51,967 nucleotides of DNA from a virus (taxonomy: Duplodnaviria; Heunggongvirae; Uroviricota; Caudoviricetes). Made by a program: the position numbers and the translations under genes. The stretch is from the IMG/VR virus record IMGVR_UViG_3300028999_000002; one strand, 5' to 3'. Within the stretch, counting starts at the first letter, position 1; every line of letters begins with the position of its first letter. The notes beneath the pieces were generated by a model, which was given only the letters and a program-made list of their open reading frames with translations, had not been told where the DNA came from and searched no databases. Shown piece by piece: positions 1 through 11,627 of the stretch.

Positions 1-390
1 TTGCTGTTCAGCTTTGATTATCAACAGGCGCAGGTAAGCGGTTTGCATACGAGATGGCTGCATTATGGGCTGCTGTGCATGGTCTCTCTGACCATTGTGG
101 CGACGCTGAAAGCGGTAGGTATCATTCTCTCCATTTCTCTGCTCATTGCGCCTGGCGCCATTGCGGTACTCCTGACACAACGCTTTCATATTGCGCTCCT
201 ACTGGCGACTGGCATATCGGTAATAGTGTCAATGACTGGTGTCTGGTTGTCCTTTTTTATCGACAGCGCACCAGCTCCGACGATTGTCGTCTTATTCGCG
301 GTTTTGTTCATCATGACGTTTGCCGTTACCAGCATCAACGCACGCAAAAAGGGAAACTCCCATACACAGGATCTGTTATCACCCAATTAG
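1..390 (+). CDS. C-terminal fragment of an ABC-3 family (ZnuB/MntB/SitD-type) metal transporter permease, truncated at the window edge
   Basis: Hydrophobic multi-TM translation ending in a short basic tail; resembles the C-termini of ABC-3 permeases from memory; 5' end lies outside the window. Confidence 0.45.
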   Translation: MLFSFDYQQAQVSGLHTRWLHYGLLCMVSLTIVATLKAVGIILSISLLIAPGAIAVLLTQRFHIALLLATGISVIVSMTGVWLSFFIDSAPAPTIVVLFAVLFIMTFAVTSINARKKGNSHTQDLLSPN

Positions 391-481
391 CACAACATCC
401 GAGGACAGCAACACCCGATACTTTTTCCTGGCTTCCAGCAACGGGGTTTCTTCCTCCGTTGCATATACAGCTCACCTTTTT

Positions 482-775
482 TCACCCACGATTAACCAAC
501 AGCCAGACCAGCAGACACGCCACCACCGGCACAGCAAAATCCATCAGGCTTGCCACATCCCAAGCTCGCGGATCAAAACCGCCCCACCACGGCATATTCA
601 TTCGCTTGCCATGCCCGAACATTTCAATCCAGCGATATTCTGCCTGGGTATGTTCACGCGCAATGAAGAACGTACAACCGGCTATCGCTCCGTAAGCCCA
701 GTTTCCGGTAAAAAGACCAACCAGTATCTGCGCAGCCACAGCACAAAGTGCATGAAGTAAGGGGCTTATATCCAT
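482..775 (-). CDS. hypothetical small membrane protein (two predicted TM segments)
   Basis: 97-aa ORF with two hydrophobic stretches; no recognisable family; lies between the host permease fragment and the tail fiber genes. Confidence 0.3.
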   Translation of the reverse strand: MDISPLLHALCAVAAQILVGLFTGNWAYGAIAGCTFFIAREHTQAEYRWIEMFGHGKRMNMPWWGGFDPRAWDVASLMDFAVPVVACLLVWLLVNRG

Positions 776-787
776 TATTTCCTCCTT

Positions 788-1066
788 TCAGCTCCATTCC
801 CGAAGCGGTGTTTCCAGCTCCACGACATAATCAGAGAATACAGAAACATCAAACAAGTCATCAAGAATGCGAATGTTGACAAAATAACCATCATTCCGGA
901 TACAGACAGGTTCTCCCTCTTCTGTTACCCCTGTTTCTGTGTAGGTGAAACCAATTTCATCAACTAACAGTTTATTCTGGAGGTCTTCATCTTCCGCCCA
1001 GCCAAGAGATGACAGGAAGGCCTTAAACTGCAGTTTGTCATGAAACTTCAAAGTTAAATCTTTCAT
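788..1066 (-). CDS. hypothetical protein immediately downstream of the side tail fiber gene, possibly a fiber chaperone or accessory protein
   Basis: 92-aa ORF whose start overlaps the tail fiber stop by 4 nt (translational coupling); not similar to lambda Tfa. Confidence 0.35.
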   Translation of the reverse strand: MKDLTLKFHDKLQFKAFLSSLGWAEDEDLQNKLLVDEIGFTYTETGVTEEGEPVCIRNDGYFVNIRILDDLFDVSVFSDYVVELETPLREWS

Positions 1067-3129
1067 ACGACCTCTTTTAATTGCCTGTCATTTAATTCTT
1101 TATGCCATATGCGGAAATTGCGAATATGGCCAAACAGATGTCGTTCTCCAGTATTCGTCTGCCCTCCAAATCGGATATTTTTATCAGCGGTCACGCCATT
1201 ATATTCACAATAAACTTCATTAACCGCTTTACCATTTGTCACCACATGAAAGTGACCATCAGCTTTTGCAATACATCCAAATGTGGTTTTCTCTGCAAAT
1301 ACATCTGTCGCTGCGCTATTAACATACGAGCCTGAAGGGTTTGACAGACTCATATATAACTTACCACTACCTCTGTTGATTGCTGCAATTGCTGATTGCC
1401 CGGTATTGGCTGCTGCTATATCCCACACGCGGGGTGCGGCGTTTGGTGCAATATCCCAGTTTTTATGAATCTCAAGTAAAAAAGTAAATGGTAACTTATA
1501 AAGATTATTTCTGGTGGGGATACTAACCAAATCACTGGCTCTTGTCGTTGCGCTGCCTCCTGAAATAATAAATGATGATACACACGGCCCATTCTCTACT
1601 TGTGGGGTGGCAAGATAAATATAGTCACCAGATACTGTTGCCCCACCCTGCCCAGGAGAATACTGTATCTGAGAGCCTATTTTTAACTCACCATCAATTG
1701 CCTGAATCGTTGCCTCTGCAAAAATCCAGCCCGTGGTCTTATCCTTCCTGACTCGTGCCGTAATTCTGCCGGCAGCACCACCTGTCATACTAATTTCAAG
1801 CGTTTGCGTATCAATGTACGCATCGCCAAGAAAAGTTGTTGCACTACCATCATACTTATCAAACCGTATACGTAACCTTACCTGTCGTTCTGTTTTAAAA
1901 CGGCATGAGGTTGTCACGTACTTGTTATCGCCTGAGACATCAACTGACTTTGTTGCAGCAATTGATGCCATATTAATAGCCGAAGTTTGCCCAACCAGAG
2001 AATCGTTGCAGACAAACTTTCCATAAGTAAAACCAAAACTATCCGTCCCGGTTTCGGGCACATCCATGTTTGATGACTTCCCCCAGCTGGCTGGACTTTC
2101 CGAATTGAGCATGTAGTTCGTTCTTTGTCCCTCAATAAGCAGGCCATCACACTCAAATCGCGGCTCATTAATTTCCGCCGTTTTCAGTTCGCCAGATTTG
2201 TTGATATATGTTGCCGTTGATGCGCGACTGAAATTAACCTGTTTATCACTGGCGACCTGAACCACATCGTCACCAATAGCTATTTTTTTATAGCCCGGAG
2301 AAAAACCCGCAATCATATCCAGTGAATCGTTAAACGGTATCCACACATCAGGCAGCGGCGGCACTATATTCGCACAGGGCTCTGCAGTCACTTCCGCTGC
2401 GGCTTCTGCGCGGTCTGCCGCCTTTTCAGCTCGTGTCGCTGCCGACAGAGCCTCATCCTTTTTCTGCCCGGCCTTTGTTGCGTCTGCTGCGGCCTCCCGC
2501 GCTTTTGTGGTGGCGACTCCGGCATTTTCAGCGGCTGACTCTGCATTACGGCGGGAAGCCTCTTCACTGTCTGCGGAGGCTTCTTCTGACGCACGGGCAT
2601 TTGTCTCTGAACGTTCTGCCGCTGTTGCTGCGTTTTGTGCGGCTGTTTTTGAAGAAGCTGCCGCTTTCGCGCTGTTACCTGCATTCGTCTCTGATGTTTT
2701 CGCCGCGTTCCTGGACGATGCCGCTGCTGTTTCTGATTTCTTTGCTGCCGCTGCGCTCTGAGAGGCGGCTTCAGCGTTGCGTGCCGCCTCTTCCACCATC
2801 TTTTCAAAACGATACAGTGCCTCCGGACAAACATCATCTTCTGTTGCAGCGCCCAGAAAATCATTCAATGTCCCCGGCTTAGAATCCTCATACACGGTGA
2901 TGGTCCCGGCATGTGAAGGCGGAAAACCTTCAACCAGCAGGGCGACGCTGTACTGGCCATACTCAACATCCATGCTGTAACGTCCGGCTTCATCCGGATT
3001 TTCTGAGGCCACCGTGTTCACCACAACTGTGGTGCTGTTACGTTTTGCTTTGAGCTGAATGGTGCAGTTCTGTATCGGTTTTCCTGCACCGTCTTTCAGC
3101 ACACCTGAAATCTGTACTGCCATATTCAC
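1063..3129 (-). CDS. stf: side tail fiber protein (Stf-like)
   Basis: N-terminus closely matches lambda Stf (MAVxISGVLKDG...SENPDEAGRYSMDVEYGQYS...), followed by an Ala/Ser/Thr-rich repeat region and a divergent C-terminal receptor-binding part. Confidence 0.85.
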   Translation of the reverse strand: MNMAVQISGVLKDGAGKPIQNCTIQLKAKRNSTTVVVNTVASENPDEAGRYSMDVEYGQYSVALLVEGFPPSHAGTITVYEDSKPGTLNDFLGAATEDDVCPEALYRFEKMVEEAARNAEAASQSAAAAKKSETAAASSRNAAKTSETNAGNSAKAAASSKTAAQNAATAAERSETNARASEEASADSEEASRRNAESAAENAGVATTKAREAAADATKAGQKKDEALSAATRAEKAADRAEAAAEVTAEPCANIVPPLPDVWIPFNDSLDMIAGFSPGYKKIAIGDDVVQVASDKQVNFSRASTATYINKSGELKTAEINEPRFECDGLLIEGQRTNYMLNSESPASWGKSSNMDVPETGTDSFGFTYGKFVCNDSLVGQTSAINMASIAATKSVDVSGDNKYVTTSCRFKTERQVRLRIRFDKYDGSATTFLGDAYIDTQTLEISMTGGAAGRITARVRKDKTTGWIFAEATIQAIDGELKIGSQIQYSPGQGGATVSGDYIYLATPQVENGPCVSSFIISGGSATTRASDLVSIPTRNNLYKLPFTFLLEIHKNWDIAPNAAPRVWDIAAANTGQSAIAAINRGSGKLYMSLSNPSGSYVNSAATDVFAEKTTFGCIAKADGHFHVVTNGKAVNEVYCEYNGVTADKNIRFGGQTNTGERHLFGHIRNFRIWHKELNDRQLKEVV

Positions 3130-3181
3130 TCCACAAATAAAAAAGGCACCATTTCTGGTGCCCGAATTTGGGTTTTAAAAT

Positions 3182-6100
3182 TCAACTGATACTGATGCCG
3201 GCTGTTGATTTCTTCATCACGACAACAAGAAGGTCGCTGATACTGGTCGTTGGCGTCCAGTTATTTGCACCATATGAAGAAACATTGAAAGTCAGGGTGA
3301 CATGGCCGTGTCCGGCAGGCATATCAATGACTGATGAAAATACCCTGCTGACATCCGTCGCGGGTTGCTGAAAGATTTCCTGTCCGTTCTTCAGCACCTG
3401 CAGCTTACAGGTTGAATACCAGTATGACTGTTGGTTGTTGCTGTTGAAGTTTTCATGCTTACCACCGCGAAACAGAACGGGGGGGACGACTATCTGACGG
3501 TCAAAAGCCTGGTCATCGTACACAGTGACCGTTATTGTACCGCTGGCATAACTGCCATTTCTCGGAAAGGCTTTTCCCACCGTTTTGACAATATCACCTT
3601 CAATCTGGTTAGCTGACAGTTTTCCCAGAATCCGACAGTTCTGGTTAATCGTGACATTATTGAGCGTCCCGGAGTTCGCATTCACGTTACCGCTGATATC
3701 CGCATTTCTCGCAGAAAGTCGACCATCAGGTGTCAGTGAAAACGTTGGGGGATTGCCACCGCTGGTAATGGTGGGAGCCGTCAGATATTTCAGGAACACT
3801 TCGTTCATGAATATCTGATCGCCCTGCCCAACAAACATCGGCTTTGTATTGCCATTCGCAGGATTAATCATCGCAATCCTGTCCGCCGCCAGCAGCACCT
3901 GACTCTGCATACCGTCAGGGGTATTCTCAATACCGGCACCAATACCCGCGATATAAAGGCGTCCGTCCTGCATCTGCTGCAGCTTCACAGCCCACATGCT
4001 GTTCAGGTTATTATTTGTATCAACCTGAACCTTCTGTATCTGCTGGATCGCTGCACTCTGGTCTTCCAGTTTCTTATTGACGGTCTGCGTGATTTCATTG
4101 CTGACATCCGTAATGGACGTCCTGATTTCAGCCAGGTCAGGCGCAAGCTGACCGTTATCAATCTGCGTCCACAACTCCTGAGCCAGATGGGTTTTCCCTA
4201 TCTCTCCTTTGAAAAAATCCAGATAGCCGGATGCATCATCACTCGGCTGGCCAACAGCCTCCACAAATGCCGATTTGCCAACGGTGTTCACACTGCGAAT
4301 GTAAAAATAATAATCATGGCCCGGTTTGATATTGATACTGGCGGCTATCCAGTACAGCGCCGTACCAAGATAACGCGCGCTGGCTTCAACCTGCCTGATA
4401 TCCGCAATCCGCTTTTCCGAGAACCAGAACTCAAACTGTACCGTCGGATCATAAACGGCAAGATGCGGCGTTGCGGTTATCTGAAAATAGCCCGGCGTCA
4501 GCTCAATCCTCGACGGTGCTGCCGGTGCGGCAATCCGGAACGATACCGACGCCGGATCGCCCTGCTGCCCCCACGCATTTACCGCCCGGACTGTCAGCCT
4601 GTAGTTCCCCAGCGCCAGTTGCCTGAAGCGGTATGTGGTTTCCGTCGTCCGGGCCGTGCTGACCAGCCGCTCACTGCCGTCATCCGCTGTTACGGTCAGA
4701 CGGAGCAGGAAGCTCACGCCCTTCACCACCTTCGGCGTGTCCCAGCGCGCCAGCACCTGATATTCCCCGCTGTCTGCGGTGACTTCGGCGGTCAGGTGCT
4801 GCACCGCTGGCGGCGTGACACCATTCACCGTGCCGCTCTGGTCGCCGTCAAAGTACGCCCCGTTATCCACGATGGCCTCTTTTTCCGGTACATGCTGCAC
4901 GGCGGTGATGGCATACGTGCCGTCGTCGTTCTCACGGATACTCACGCAGCGGAACAGGCGCTGGCGCAGCGTCGGCAGCTTCAGCCCCCACACGCTGTAT
5001 TCAGCAACACCGTCAGGAACACGGCTCACTTTCACCTTCACGCCGTCGGTGACGGACTGAACCTCCACGCTGATCGGATTGCCACTTCCGTCAACCAGGC
5101 TTATCAGCGTGGTACCGGAGGATGGCAGCGTGATTTCACGGTCGAGCGTCAGCGTCCGGGTCTGGCTGTTCACCGCCAGCACACGACCACCGGTGCTGAT
5201 ACCGGCATAGTCATCATCGCAGATTTCAATGACATCCCCCGGTACATGGCGAAGCCCTTCAGCACCCACGCTGAAGTCCACGGTCTGCGTTTCCAGCAGC
5301 TCCGTTTTAATCAGCCACAGCCCGGCGCGGTGTGCCTGCCCCCGGCTGGTACAGCCAAAGGCATCCATCTTCGTGACGTTACGGCCGTAACGGGCAATGG
5401 CCTGCGTATCCTCCACGAGCTCTGTCGCCGTCTCCCAGCCGTTATCCGGGTCAATCCAGTTCACCTCAACGGCATTATGGCGGTCCTTCAGGGCGCTGAA
5501 GCTGTAGCGGAACGGCGCGCCATCATCCGGCATCACCACATTACTGCGGTTATAGGTCCACACCTTATCTGATGGTCGGTCCTGCACGAACGTCAGCGTC
5601 TGCCCGTTCCATACCGGCATACAGCGCATCGCCGAGCAGAAATCACTGAGCACATCCCACGCCTTGCGCTGTGTGGTCAGGTACGCATTACAGGTAATGC
5701 GCGGCTCCGTGCCGCCAAAGCCGTCCGGCACCGACTGGTCGCAGTACTGGCCGATGACATACAGCGCCCATTTATCCACATCCGCCGCACCAAGACGTTT
5801 CCCCATGCCGTAGCGCGGATGGGTCAGCATATCCCACAGACACCAGGCCATGTTGTTGCTGTATGCCGGTTTTAACGTTCCGTCCCAGATACCGCTGTAT
5901 TGCCGCGTCTGCGGGTTATAGTTCGACGGCACCTGCAGAATGCGCCCGCGAAGATGATAATTACGGCTCACCTGCTGGCTGCCGAACTGCTCCGAGTCCA
6001 CCTGCACGCCAACCAGTGCCGTGTTCGGGTAGCACTGTTTCACATCGATGATTTCGGTGTATGACGACCAGAGCGTTTTGTTCAGCAGCTGGTCTGTGGT

Positions 6101-6664
6101 GCTGTCCGGCGTCATCCTGCGCATCCGGATATTAAACGGGCGCGGCGGCAGGTTATCCACCACCACCGAGGCCAGATACTGCGAGGTGGTTTTGCCCTTA
6201 ATGGTGATGTCTTTTTCCGTCACCCAGCCACCGTTACGCTGTATCTGAACCAGCAGGCGGACTTCCGACGGATTCCGGTCCCCCTTTGAGGTGGTTTCCA
6301 CCAGTGCCTGCACACCGAAGGTAAAGCGCAGACGGTCGATGTTTGCAGACGTGATGGTCCGGGTAATCGGCGTGTCGTACTTCACTTCCGTACCCAGCAC
6401 CGTCTCGGAGCCGGAGGATTCAAATCCCTCCGGCGGTGTCTGCTCCTGCTCACCTGCCCGGAAAACCACCGTGACACCGGAGATATTGGTATTCCCCTCA
6501 CTGTCCAGCACTGGCGTACTGTTCAGCAGCACACTTTTTAATCCGTCCACCGGACCTTCAATCGGCCCTTCACTGATGGCGTCTATCACGCTCAGCATCT
6601 GGGATGATTTCAGGTTGTCCTTCGCTTCGCGCGGGGTATGCCCCTTACTGCTGCCTTTACCCAT
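3182..6664 (-). CDS. J: host specificity / central tail fiber protein J
   Basis: 1160 aa; lambda gpJ-like along its length; position downstream of I. Confidence 0.95.
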   Translation of the reverse strand: MGKGSSKGHTPREAKDNLKSSQMLSVIDAISEGPIEGPVDGLKSVLLNSTPVLDSEGNTNISGVTVVFRAGEQEQTPPEGFESSGSETVLGTEVKYDTPITRTITSANIDRLRFTFGVQALVETTSKGDRNPSEVRLLVQIQRNGGWVTEKDITIKGKTTSQYLASVVVDNLPPRPFNIRMRRMTPDSTTDQLLNKTLWSSYTEIIDVKQCYPNTALVGVQVDSEQFGSQQVSRNYHLRGRILQVPSNYNPQTRQYSGIWDGTLKPAYSNNMAWCLWDMLTHPRYGMGKRLGAADVDKWALYVIGQYCDQSVPDGFGGTEPRITCNAYLTTQRKAWDVLSDFCSAMRCMPVWNGQTLTFVQDRPSDKVWTYNRSNVVMPDDGAPFRYSFSALKDRHNAVEVNWIDPDNGWETATELVEDTQAIARYGRNVTKMDAFGCTSRGQAHRAGLWLIKTELLETQTVDFSVGAEGLRHVPGDVIEICDDDYAGISTGGRVLAVNSQTRTLTLDREITLPSSGTTLISLVDGSGNPISVEVQSVTDGVKVKVSRVPDGVAEYSVWGLKLPTLRQRLFRCVSIRENDDGTYAITAVQHVPEKEAIVDNGAYFDGDQSGTVNGVTPPAVQHLTAEVTADSGEYQVLARWDTPKVVKGVSFLLRLTVTADDGSERLVSTARTTETTYRFRQLALGNYRLTVRAVNAWGQQGDPASVSFRIAAPAAPSRIELTPGYFQITATPHLAVYDPTVQFEFWFSEKRIADIRQVEASARYLGTALYWIAASINIKPGHDYYFYIRSVNTVGKSAFVEAVGQPSDDASGYLDFFKGEIGKTHLAQELWTQIDNGQLAPDLAEIRTSITDVSNEITQTVNKKLEDQSAAIQQIQKVQVDTNNNLNSMWAVKLQQMQDGRLYIAGIGAGIENTPDGMQSQVLLAADRIAMINPANGNTKPMFVGQGDQIFMNEVFLKYLTAPTITSGGNPPTFSLTPDGRLSARNADISGNVNANSGTLNNVTINQNCRILGKLSANQIEGDIVKTVGKAFPRNGSYASGTITVTVYDDQAFDRQIVVPPVLFRGGKHENFNSNNQQSYWYSTCKLQVLKNGQEIFQQPATDVSRVFSSVIDMPAGHGHVTLTFNVSSYGANNWTPTTSISDLLVVVMKKSTAGISIS

Positions 6665-6724
6665 TCCTCACGCTCCAGAAACGACAAAACCGCCCTGAGG
6701 CGGTTTCACATAAAACGTTTTTCA

Positions 6725-7396
6725 TCAACGACCAATCACCACAACCTGACCACCGTCCCCCTCGTCTGCCGTGCTGATCTCCTGAGAAGCCACCCGCGAC
6801 CCCACGCGCATTTCACCGTACAGAACAGGCAGAACATTGCCCTGGGCAACCATGTTATCCAGTGAGGAGAAATAGGTGTTCTGCTTACCGTTATCCGTTG
6901 TCTGTGTACGGGGAGTTCTAGCTTTCGGTGCCAGCATCTGCGCCACACCACCAAGTACCATACTGGCACCGAGAGAAAACAGGATACCGGTCATACCACC
7001 GGCCCCAATGGCTGCCCCCCATGCTGCAAGGGTGGCTCCGGCAGTAAAGAATGATCCGGCAATGGCGGTAGCCCCCAGAACAATCTGGAATACGCCCCCT
7101 GACTTGGCCCCGGCGACTCTGGGAACAATATGAATCACAGCGCCGTCAGGCAGAACCTCATGTAACTGCGCCGTCAATCCGGACGTGCTGACGTCCCGCC
7201 CGGCAATCCGTACCTGATACCAGCCGTCGCTCAGTTTCTGACGAAACGCCGGGAGCTGTGTGGCCAGCGCCCGGATGGCTTCAGCCCCCGTTTTCACACG
7301 AAGGTCGATGCGGCGGCCAAATCGTTGTAAATCCCCGTAAAGGCAGATGCGCGCCATGCCCGGTGACGCCAGAGGGAGTGTGTGCGTCGCTGCCAT
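6725..7396 (-). CDS. I: tail assembly protein I
   Basis: 223 aa with a Gly/Ala-rich hydrophobic C-terminal half as in lambda gpI; overlaps K as in lambda. Confidence 0.9.
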   Translation of the reverse strand: MAATHTLPLASPGMARICLYGDLQRFGRRIDLRVKTGAEAIRALATQLPAFRQKLSDGWYQVRIAGRDVSTSGLTAQLHEVLPDGAVIHIVPRVAGAKSGGVFQIVLGATAIAGSFFTAGATLAAWGAAIGAGGMTGILFSLGASMVLGGVAQMLAPKARTPRTQTTDNGKQNTYFSSLDNMVAQGNVLPVLYGEMRVGSRVASQEISTADEGDGGQVVVIGR

Positions 7397-8037
7397 TTGT
7401 CGGTGTACCTCTCTCGTTTGCTCAGTTGTTCAGGAATATGGTGCAGCAGCTCGCCATCACCACAGTAAATGGCGGCATGATTCGGCACCGATGAACCAAA
7501 ACAGCACAGCAGCACATCGCCCGGTTGTGCTGATGACAACGGCACCTGATACAGCCCTGTGGCCTCCAGATTATCCAGATAGAGATTCTGACCGTGACGC
7601 CACCAGTCATCCCCGCGATGAAAATCCGGCATCTCAATCCCCGCCAGATGATAAGCATCCCGGAACAGCGTGTAACAGTCCGTCACCCCGTGCTCAAAGC
7701 GCCGCCCGGTAAGATGCGGCACACAGCGGAATTTATGAATCTCACCCCGGCAGACCAGCCACCACGGCAAATCGCTCTGCACCTGCAGCCGCCTGTCAGC
7801 CTCACTCAGCCAGGGCAGACCACCGGGGTGGCTGTGGACCAGCGCCACAATCTCACCCTGCATTTCTGCCCGCAGCCAGTCCTCCGGCGACATCCGGAAA
7901 TACGCCTCCGGCTCACCGGAGATATTCACGCAGGGAAAATATCTTTCCCCCTTCGGCGTTCTCACCACGAAGCCACACGACTCCGCTGGCGCACATCGCC
8001 GGGCGTGCGCCAGAATCGCTGATTCTGTCTGTGTCAT
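7294..8037 (-). CDS. K: tail assembly protein K (NlpC/P60 + JAMM-like)
   Basis: Near-identical to lambda gpK from the internal Met (MTQTESAILAHARRCAPAESCGFVV...); start set at that ATG (8037) rather than the upstream in-frame Met. Confidence 0.9.
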   Translation of the reverse strand: MTQTESAILAHARRCAPAESCGFVVRTPKGERYFPCVNISGEPEAYFRMSPEDWLRAEMQGEIVALVHSHPGGLPWLSEADRRLQVQSDLPWWLVCRGEIHKFRCVPHLTGRRFEHGVTDCYTLFRDAYHLAGIEMPDFHRGDDWWRHGQNLYLDNLEATGLYQVPLSSAQPGDVLLCCFGSSVPNHAAIYCGDGELLHHIPEQLSKRERYTDKWQRRTHSLWRHRAWRASAFTGIYNDLAAASTFV

Positions 8038-8041
8038 GGGA

Positions 8042-8740
8042 TTACTGCGAAAGTTTGTTAATGGAAAGGAAGCCGCCAAAGTTGCCGACGTTATTGCGGA
8101 ACTTACAACCGCTCAGGCATTTGCTGCATTTATCCTTCGTGATATCGGACGTTGGCTGGTCATATTCATCCGCGACAGCCGGACCGCTATAACCGCACTC
8201 GTCACCGCGATAGGTCCAGGTGCAGGTGTTGGCCAGCATGATACGTCCCGGAAAAACAGCGCCATCCGTTTCCGTCGGCGTGGACAGTACAAAGGAGGCA
8301 CTCACCGCGCTCAGTTCGCTGCACTGCTCAATGCGCCAGCGGCTGATCACCTCCTGCTCCGGATCGGCATAACTGTTTCCGTTGACGAAGTTCACCGCAT
8401 CCAGAAAACGGGCGTAAACCTTACGCCGGACCACCGTTCCGCCGACCAGACTCTGCAGATCTTCCGCCATCCCGGTGACCATACCGTACAGGTTAGAAAC
8501 CGTCAGCGTGGGGCGCGTACTGGTGCCTTTGCCATTCAGTTCAAAACCGCTCCCCTGAATGGGATACGGCTGATACTGTCGCCCCTGCCAGGTGACCGGC
8601 TCACCTTTTTCGTTCTGCTCATTACAGAAAAAATAACGTTCTCCACCGACCTCTGTCAGGTCGATTTCCCAGAGCACCACGCTGGCCGACTGCTCCGCAC
8701 GGGTGCATTCATTCAGTGTTTCCTGCCGGATATCCTGCAT
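8042..8740 (-). CDS. L: minor tail protein L
   Basis: 232 aa, lambda gpL-like including the C-terminal Cys cluster. Confidence 0.95.
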   Translation of the reverse strand: MQDIRQETLNECTRAEQSASVVLWEIDLTEVGGERYFFCNEQNEKGEPVTWQGRQYQPYPIQGSGFELNGKGTSTRPTLTVSNLYGMVTGMAEDLQSLVGGTVVRRKVYARFLDAVNFVNGNSYADPEQEVISRWRIEQCSELSAVSASFVLSTPTETDGAVFPGRIMLANTCTWTYRGDECGYSGPAVADEYDQPTSDITKDKCSKCLSGCKFRNNVGNFGGFLSINKLSQ

Positions 8741-9069
8741 CAGTTCACCACCTGTTCAAACTCTGCGCTGAACTCAACACGCAGCATACTGACCCGCGAC
8801 GACCATTTTGCGCAGGTCACCTTTATCTGCCGCCACTCATAAGGCGGCGTCCACAGAAAGGATTTCCAGCCCCCGTGCTCTTCCAGAAACGACTCCAGTA
8901 CCGTGGCCTCCTCACGGGGGACAGAAAGCGTCACGCTGTACGTTTTCAGGTTGGCATTCAGCCCGGCAGGCGCTCGCTGAGAATAGCCATCACCAAAGCG
9001 CACCTTTCTTACAGAAGGGACCGAAGCCACATCCATACCGGGTTTCACTTTCCAGCGGAAGGTCTTCAT
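8740..9069 (-). CDS. M: minor tail protein M
   Basis: 109 aa, lambda gpM-like. Confidence 0.95.
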   Translation of the reverse strand: MKTFRWKVKPGMDVASVPSVRKVRFGDGYSQRAPAGLNANLKTYSVTLSVPREEATVLESFLEEHGGWKSFLWTPPYEWRQIKVTCAKWSSRVSMLRVEFSAEFEQVVN

Positions 9070-11627
9070 CGTCCACCTCCGGAGAACAGGCCACCATCAC
9101 GCATCTGTGTCTGAATTTCATCACGGGCACCCTTGCGGGCCATGTCATACACCGCCTTCAGAGCAGCCGGACCTATCTGCCCGTTCGTGCCGTCGTTGTT
9201 AATCACCACATGGTTATTCTGCTCAAACGTCCCGGACGCCTGCGACCGGCTGTCTGCCATGCTGCCCGGTGTACCGACATAACCGCCGGTGGCATAGCCG
9301 CGCATCAGCCGGTAAAGATTCCCCACGCCAATCCGGCTGGTTGCCTCCTTCGTGAAGACAAACTCACCACGGTGAACAATCCCCGCTGGCTCATATTTGC
9401 CGCCGGTTCCCGTAAATCCTCCGGTTGCAAAATGGAATTTCGCCGCAGCGGCCTGAATGGCTGTACCGCCTGACGCGGATGCGCCGCCACCAACAGCCCC
9501 GCCAATGGCGCTGCCGATACTCCCGACAATCCCCACCATTGCCTGCTTAAGCAGAATTTCTGTCATCATGGACAGCACGGAACGGGTGAAGCTGCGCCAG
9601 TTCTGCTCACTGCCGGTCAGCATCGCCGCCATATTCTGTGCAATACCATCAAAGGTCTGCGTGGCTGCACTTTTTACCTGCGACATACTGTCCGTGGCGC
9701 TCTCTTCCCACTCACTCCAGCCGGACTTCAGGCCTGCCATCCAGTTCCCGCGAAGCTGGTCTTCAGCCGCCCAGGTCTTTTTCTGCTCTGACATGACGTT
9801 ATTCAGCGCCAGCGGATTATCGCCATACTGTTCCTTCAGGCGCTGTTCCGTGGCTTCCCGTTCTGCCTGCCGGTCAGTCAGCCCCCGGCTTTTCGCATCA
9901 ATGGCGGCCCGTTTTGCCCGTTGCTGCTGTGCGAATTTATCCGCCTGCTGCGCCAGCGCGTTCAGGCGCTCCTGATACGTGACCTTGTCGCCAAGTGCAG
10001 CCAGCTGGCGTTTGTACTCCAGCGTCTCATCTTTATGCGCCAGCAGGGATTTCTCCTGTGCAGACAGCTGGCGACGTTGCGCCGCCTCCTCCAGTACCGC
10101 GAACTGACTCTCCGCCTTCCACAAATCCCGGCGCTGCTGGCTGATTTTCTCATTTGCTCCGGCATGCTTCTCCAGCGTCCGGAGTTCAGCCTGAAGCGTC
10201 AGCAGGGCAGCATGAGCACTGTCTTCCTGACGATCGCCCGCAGACACCTTCACGCCGGACTGCTTCGGCTTTTTCAGTGTCGTTTCATAGTCCTTTTTCG
10301 CTGCCGCCATCAGCGTGTTGTAATCTGCCTGCAGGATTTTTCCGTCTTTCAGGGCCTTATTCAGTTCTTCCTGACGGGCGGCATATTTCTCCAGCGGCGT
10401 CTGCAGCCGTTCGTAAGCCTTCTGCGCCTCTTCGGTATATTTCAGCCGTGACGCTTCGGTATCGCTCTGCTGCTGCGCATTTTTGTCCTGTTGACTCTGC
10501 TGTTCAGCCTTCTTTCGGGCGGCTTCAAGCGCAAGACGGGCCTTTTCACGATCATCCCAGTAACGCGCCCGCGCTTCATCGTTAACAAAATAATCATCCT
10601 TGCGCAGATTCCAGATGTCGTCTGCTTTCTTAAACGCAGCCTCTGCCTTAATCAGCATCTCCTGCGCGGTATCAGGACGACCAATATCCAGCACCGCATC
10701 CCACATGGATTTGAATGCCCGCGCAGTCCTGTCTGCCCAGGTCTCCAGCGTGCCCATGTTCTCTTTCAGGCGGCGGGTCTGGTCATCAAACCCTTTCGTT
10801 GCGGCCTCGTTCGCCGCCTGCAATGCCCCGGCTTCATCGCCGGAACGCTGCAACTGAGCAACATACGCAATCTGCTCCGCCGTCACGTTATGGAACTGGC
10901 GTGCCATCGCCGTCAGCCCCGACGTCGGGTCTGTGGTCAGCTTCCCGAAGGCTTCAGCGACCTTGTCCACCTCCACGCCGGATGCAGAGGAGAAACGCGC
11001 CACACTCTGGCTGATGGACGCAATCTGAGCCTCACCGCTTACCCCCGCCTTAACCAGTGCGCTGAGTGACTCGCTGGTCTGGTTAAACGTCAGCCCAGCC
11101 GCCTGCCCGGCTCTGGACAGGACCAGCATACGATCTGCCGTCAGACCCGCCTGATTGCCGGAAAGGACCAGCGTTTTGTTGAAATCGGACAGGGTTGAGT
11201 TGCCCTGATACCAGGCATACGCCAGCGCACCGGTCGCCACCGCCAGCGAGGTGGCCCCCACCATCGGCAGGGTGATCGCACCGGCAAGCCCCCTGAACAT
11301 GGGGATCATCCCGCCGAAGGAGTCCTTCACCTGCCCCCCCTGTTGCAGCAGGATCAGCCACGGACTTTGCCCGCCTGCAAGCTGCGTGGCCACGTCGGTG
11401 AACTGTGCAGGCAGCATACGCATGGCGGCTTTATACTGCCCGACGGAAATCCCCGCTTTCTGTGCAGCCAGCGCCTGTCGGCTCAGCGACTGTTCAACGA
11501 CTGCCGCTGTTTTTTTCGCATCACTTTCCGTACCGGAAAAATGACGCCTGACTCTGGCCATCTGCTCGTCAAATCTGGCCGCATCCAGACTCAAATCAAC
11601 GACCAGATCGCCTACCGGTTCAGCCAT
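9066..11627 (-). CDS. H: tail tape measure protein H
   Basis: 853 aa, same length as lambda gpH, coiled-coil-rich, Gly-rich C-terminus. Confidence 0.95.
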   Translation of the reverse strand: MAEPVGDLVVDLSLDAARFDEQMARVRRHFSGTESDAKKTAAVVEQSLSRQALAAQKAGISVGQYKAAMRMLPAQFTDVATQLAGGQSPWLILLQQGGQVKDSFGGMIPMFRGLAGAITLPMVGATSLAVATGALAYAWYQGNSTLSDFNKTLVLSGNQAGLTADRMLVLSRAGQAAGLTFNQTSESLSALVKAGVSGEAQIASISQSVARFSSASGVEVDKVAEAFGKLTTDPTSGLTAMARQFHNVTAEQIAYVAQLQRSGDEAGALQAANEAATKGFDDQTRRLKENMGTLETWADRTARAFKSMWDAVLDIGRPDTAQEMLIKAEAAFKKADDIWNLRKDDYFVNDEARARYWDDREKARLALEAARKKAEQQSQQDKNAQQQSDTEASRLKYTEEAQKAYERLQTPLEKYAARQEELNKALKDGKILQADYNTLMAAAKKDYETTLKKPKQSGVKVSAGDRQEDSAHAALLTLQAELRTLEKHAGANEKISQQRRDLWKAESQFAVLEEAAQRRQLSAQEKSLLAHKDETLEYKRQLAALGDKVTYQERLNALAQQADKFAQQQRAKRAAIDAKSRGLTDRQAEREATEQRLKEQYGDNPLALNNVMSEQKKTWAAEDQLRGNWMAGLKSGWSEWEESATDSMSQVKSAATQTFDGIAQNMAAMLTGSEQNWRSFTRSVLSMMTEILLKQAMVGIVGSIGSAIGGAVGGGASASGGTAIQAAAAKFHFATGGFTGTGGKYEPAGIVHRGEFVFTKEATSRIGVGNLYRLMRGYATGGYVGTPGSMADSRSQASGTFEQNNHVVINNDGTNGQIGPAALKAVYDMARKGARDEIQTQMRDGGLFSGGGR

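Noticed and set aside
2388-2882. Overlapping ORFs on both strands within the tail fiber Ala/Ser repeat region
   Set aside because: Alternative frames of the repetitive stf coding sequence; Gln/Arg/Pro low-complexity translations.
4187-5572. 461-aa plus-strand ORF inside gene J
   Set aside because: Arg-rich antisense frame of a strongly supported, lambda-homologous J gene; a GC-rich-sequence artefact.
9457-11361. Several 90-220-aa ORFs on both strands inside tape measure gene H
   Set aside because: All are off-frame or antisense within a full-length, lambda-homologous H gene.
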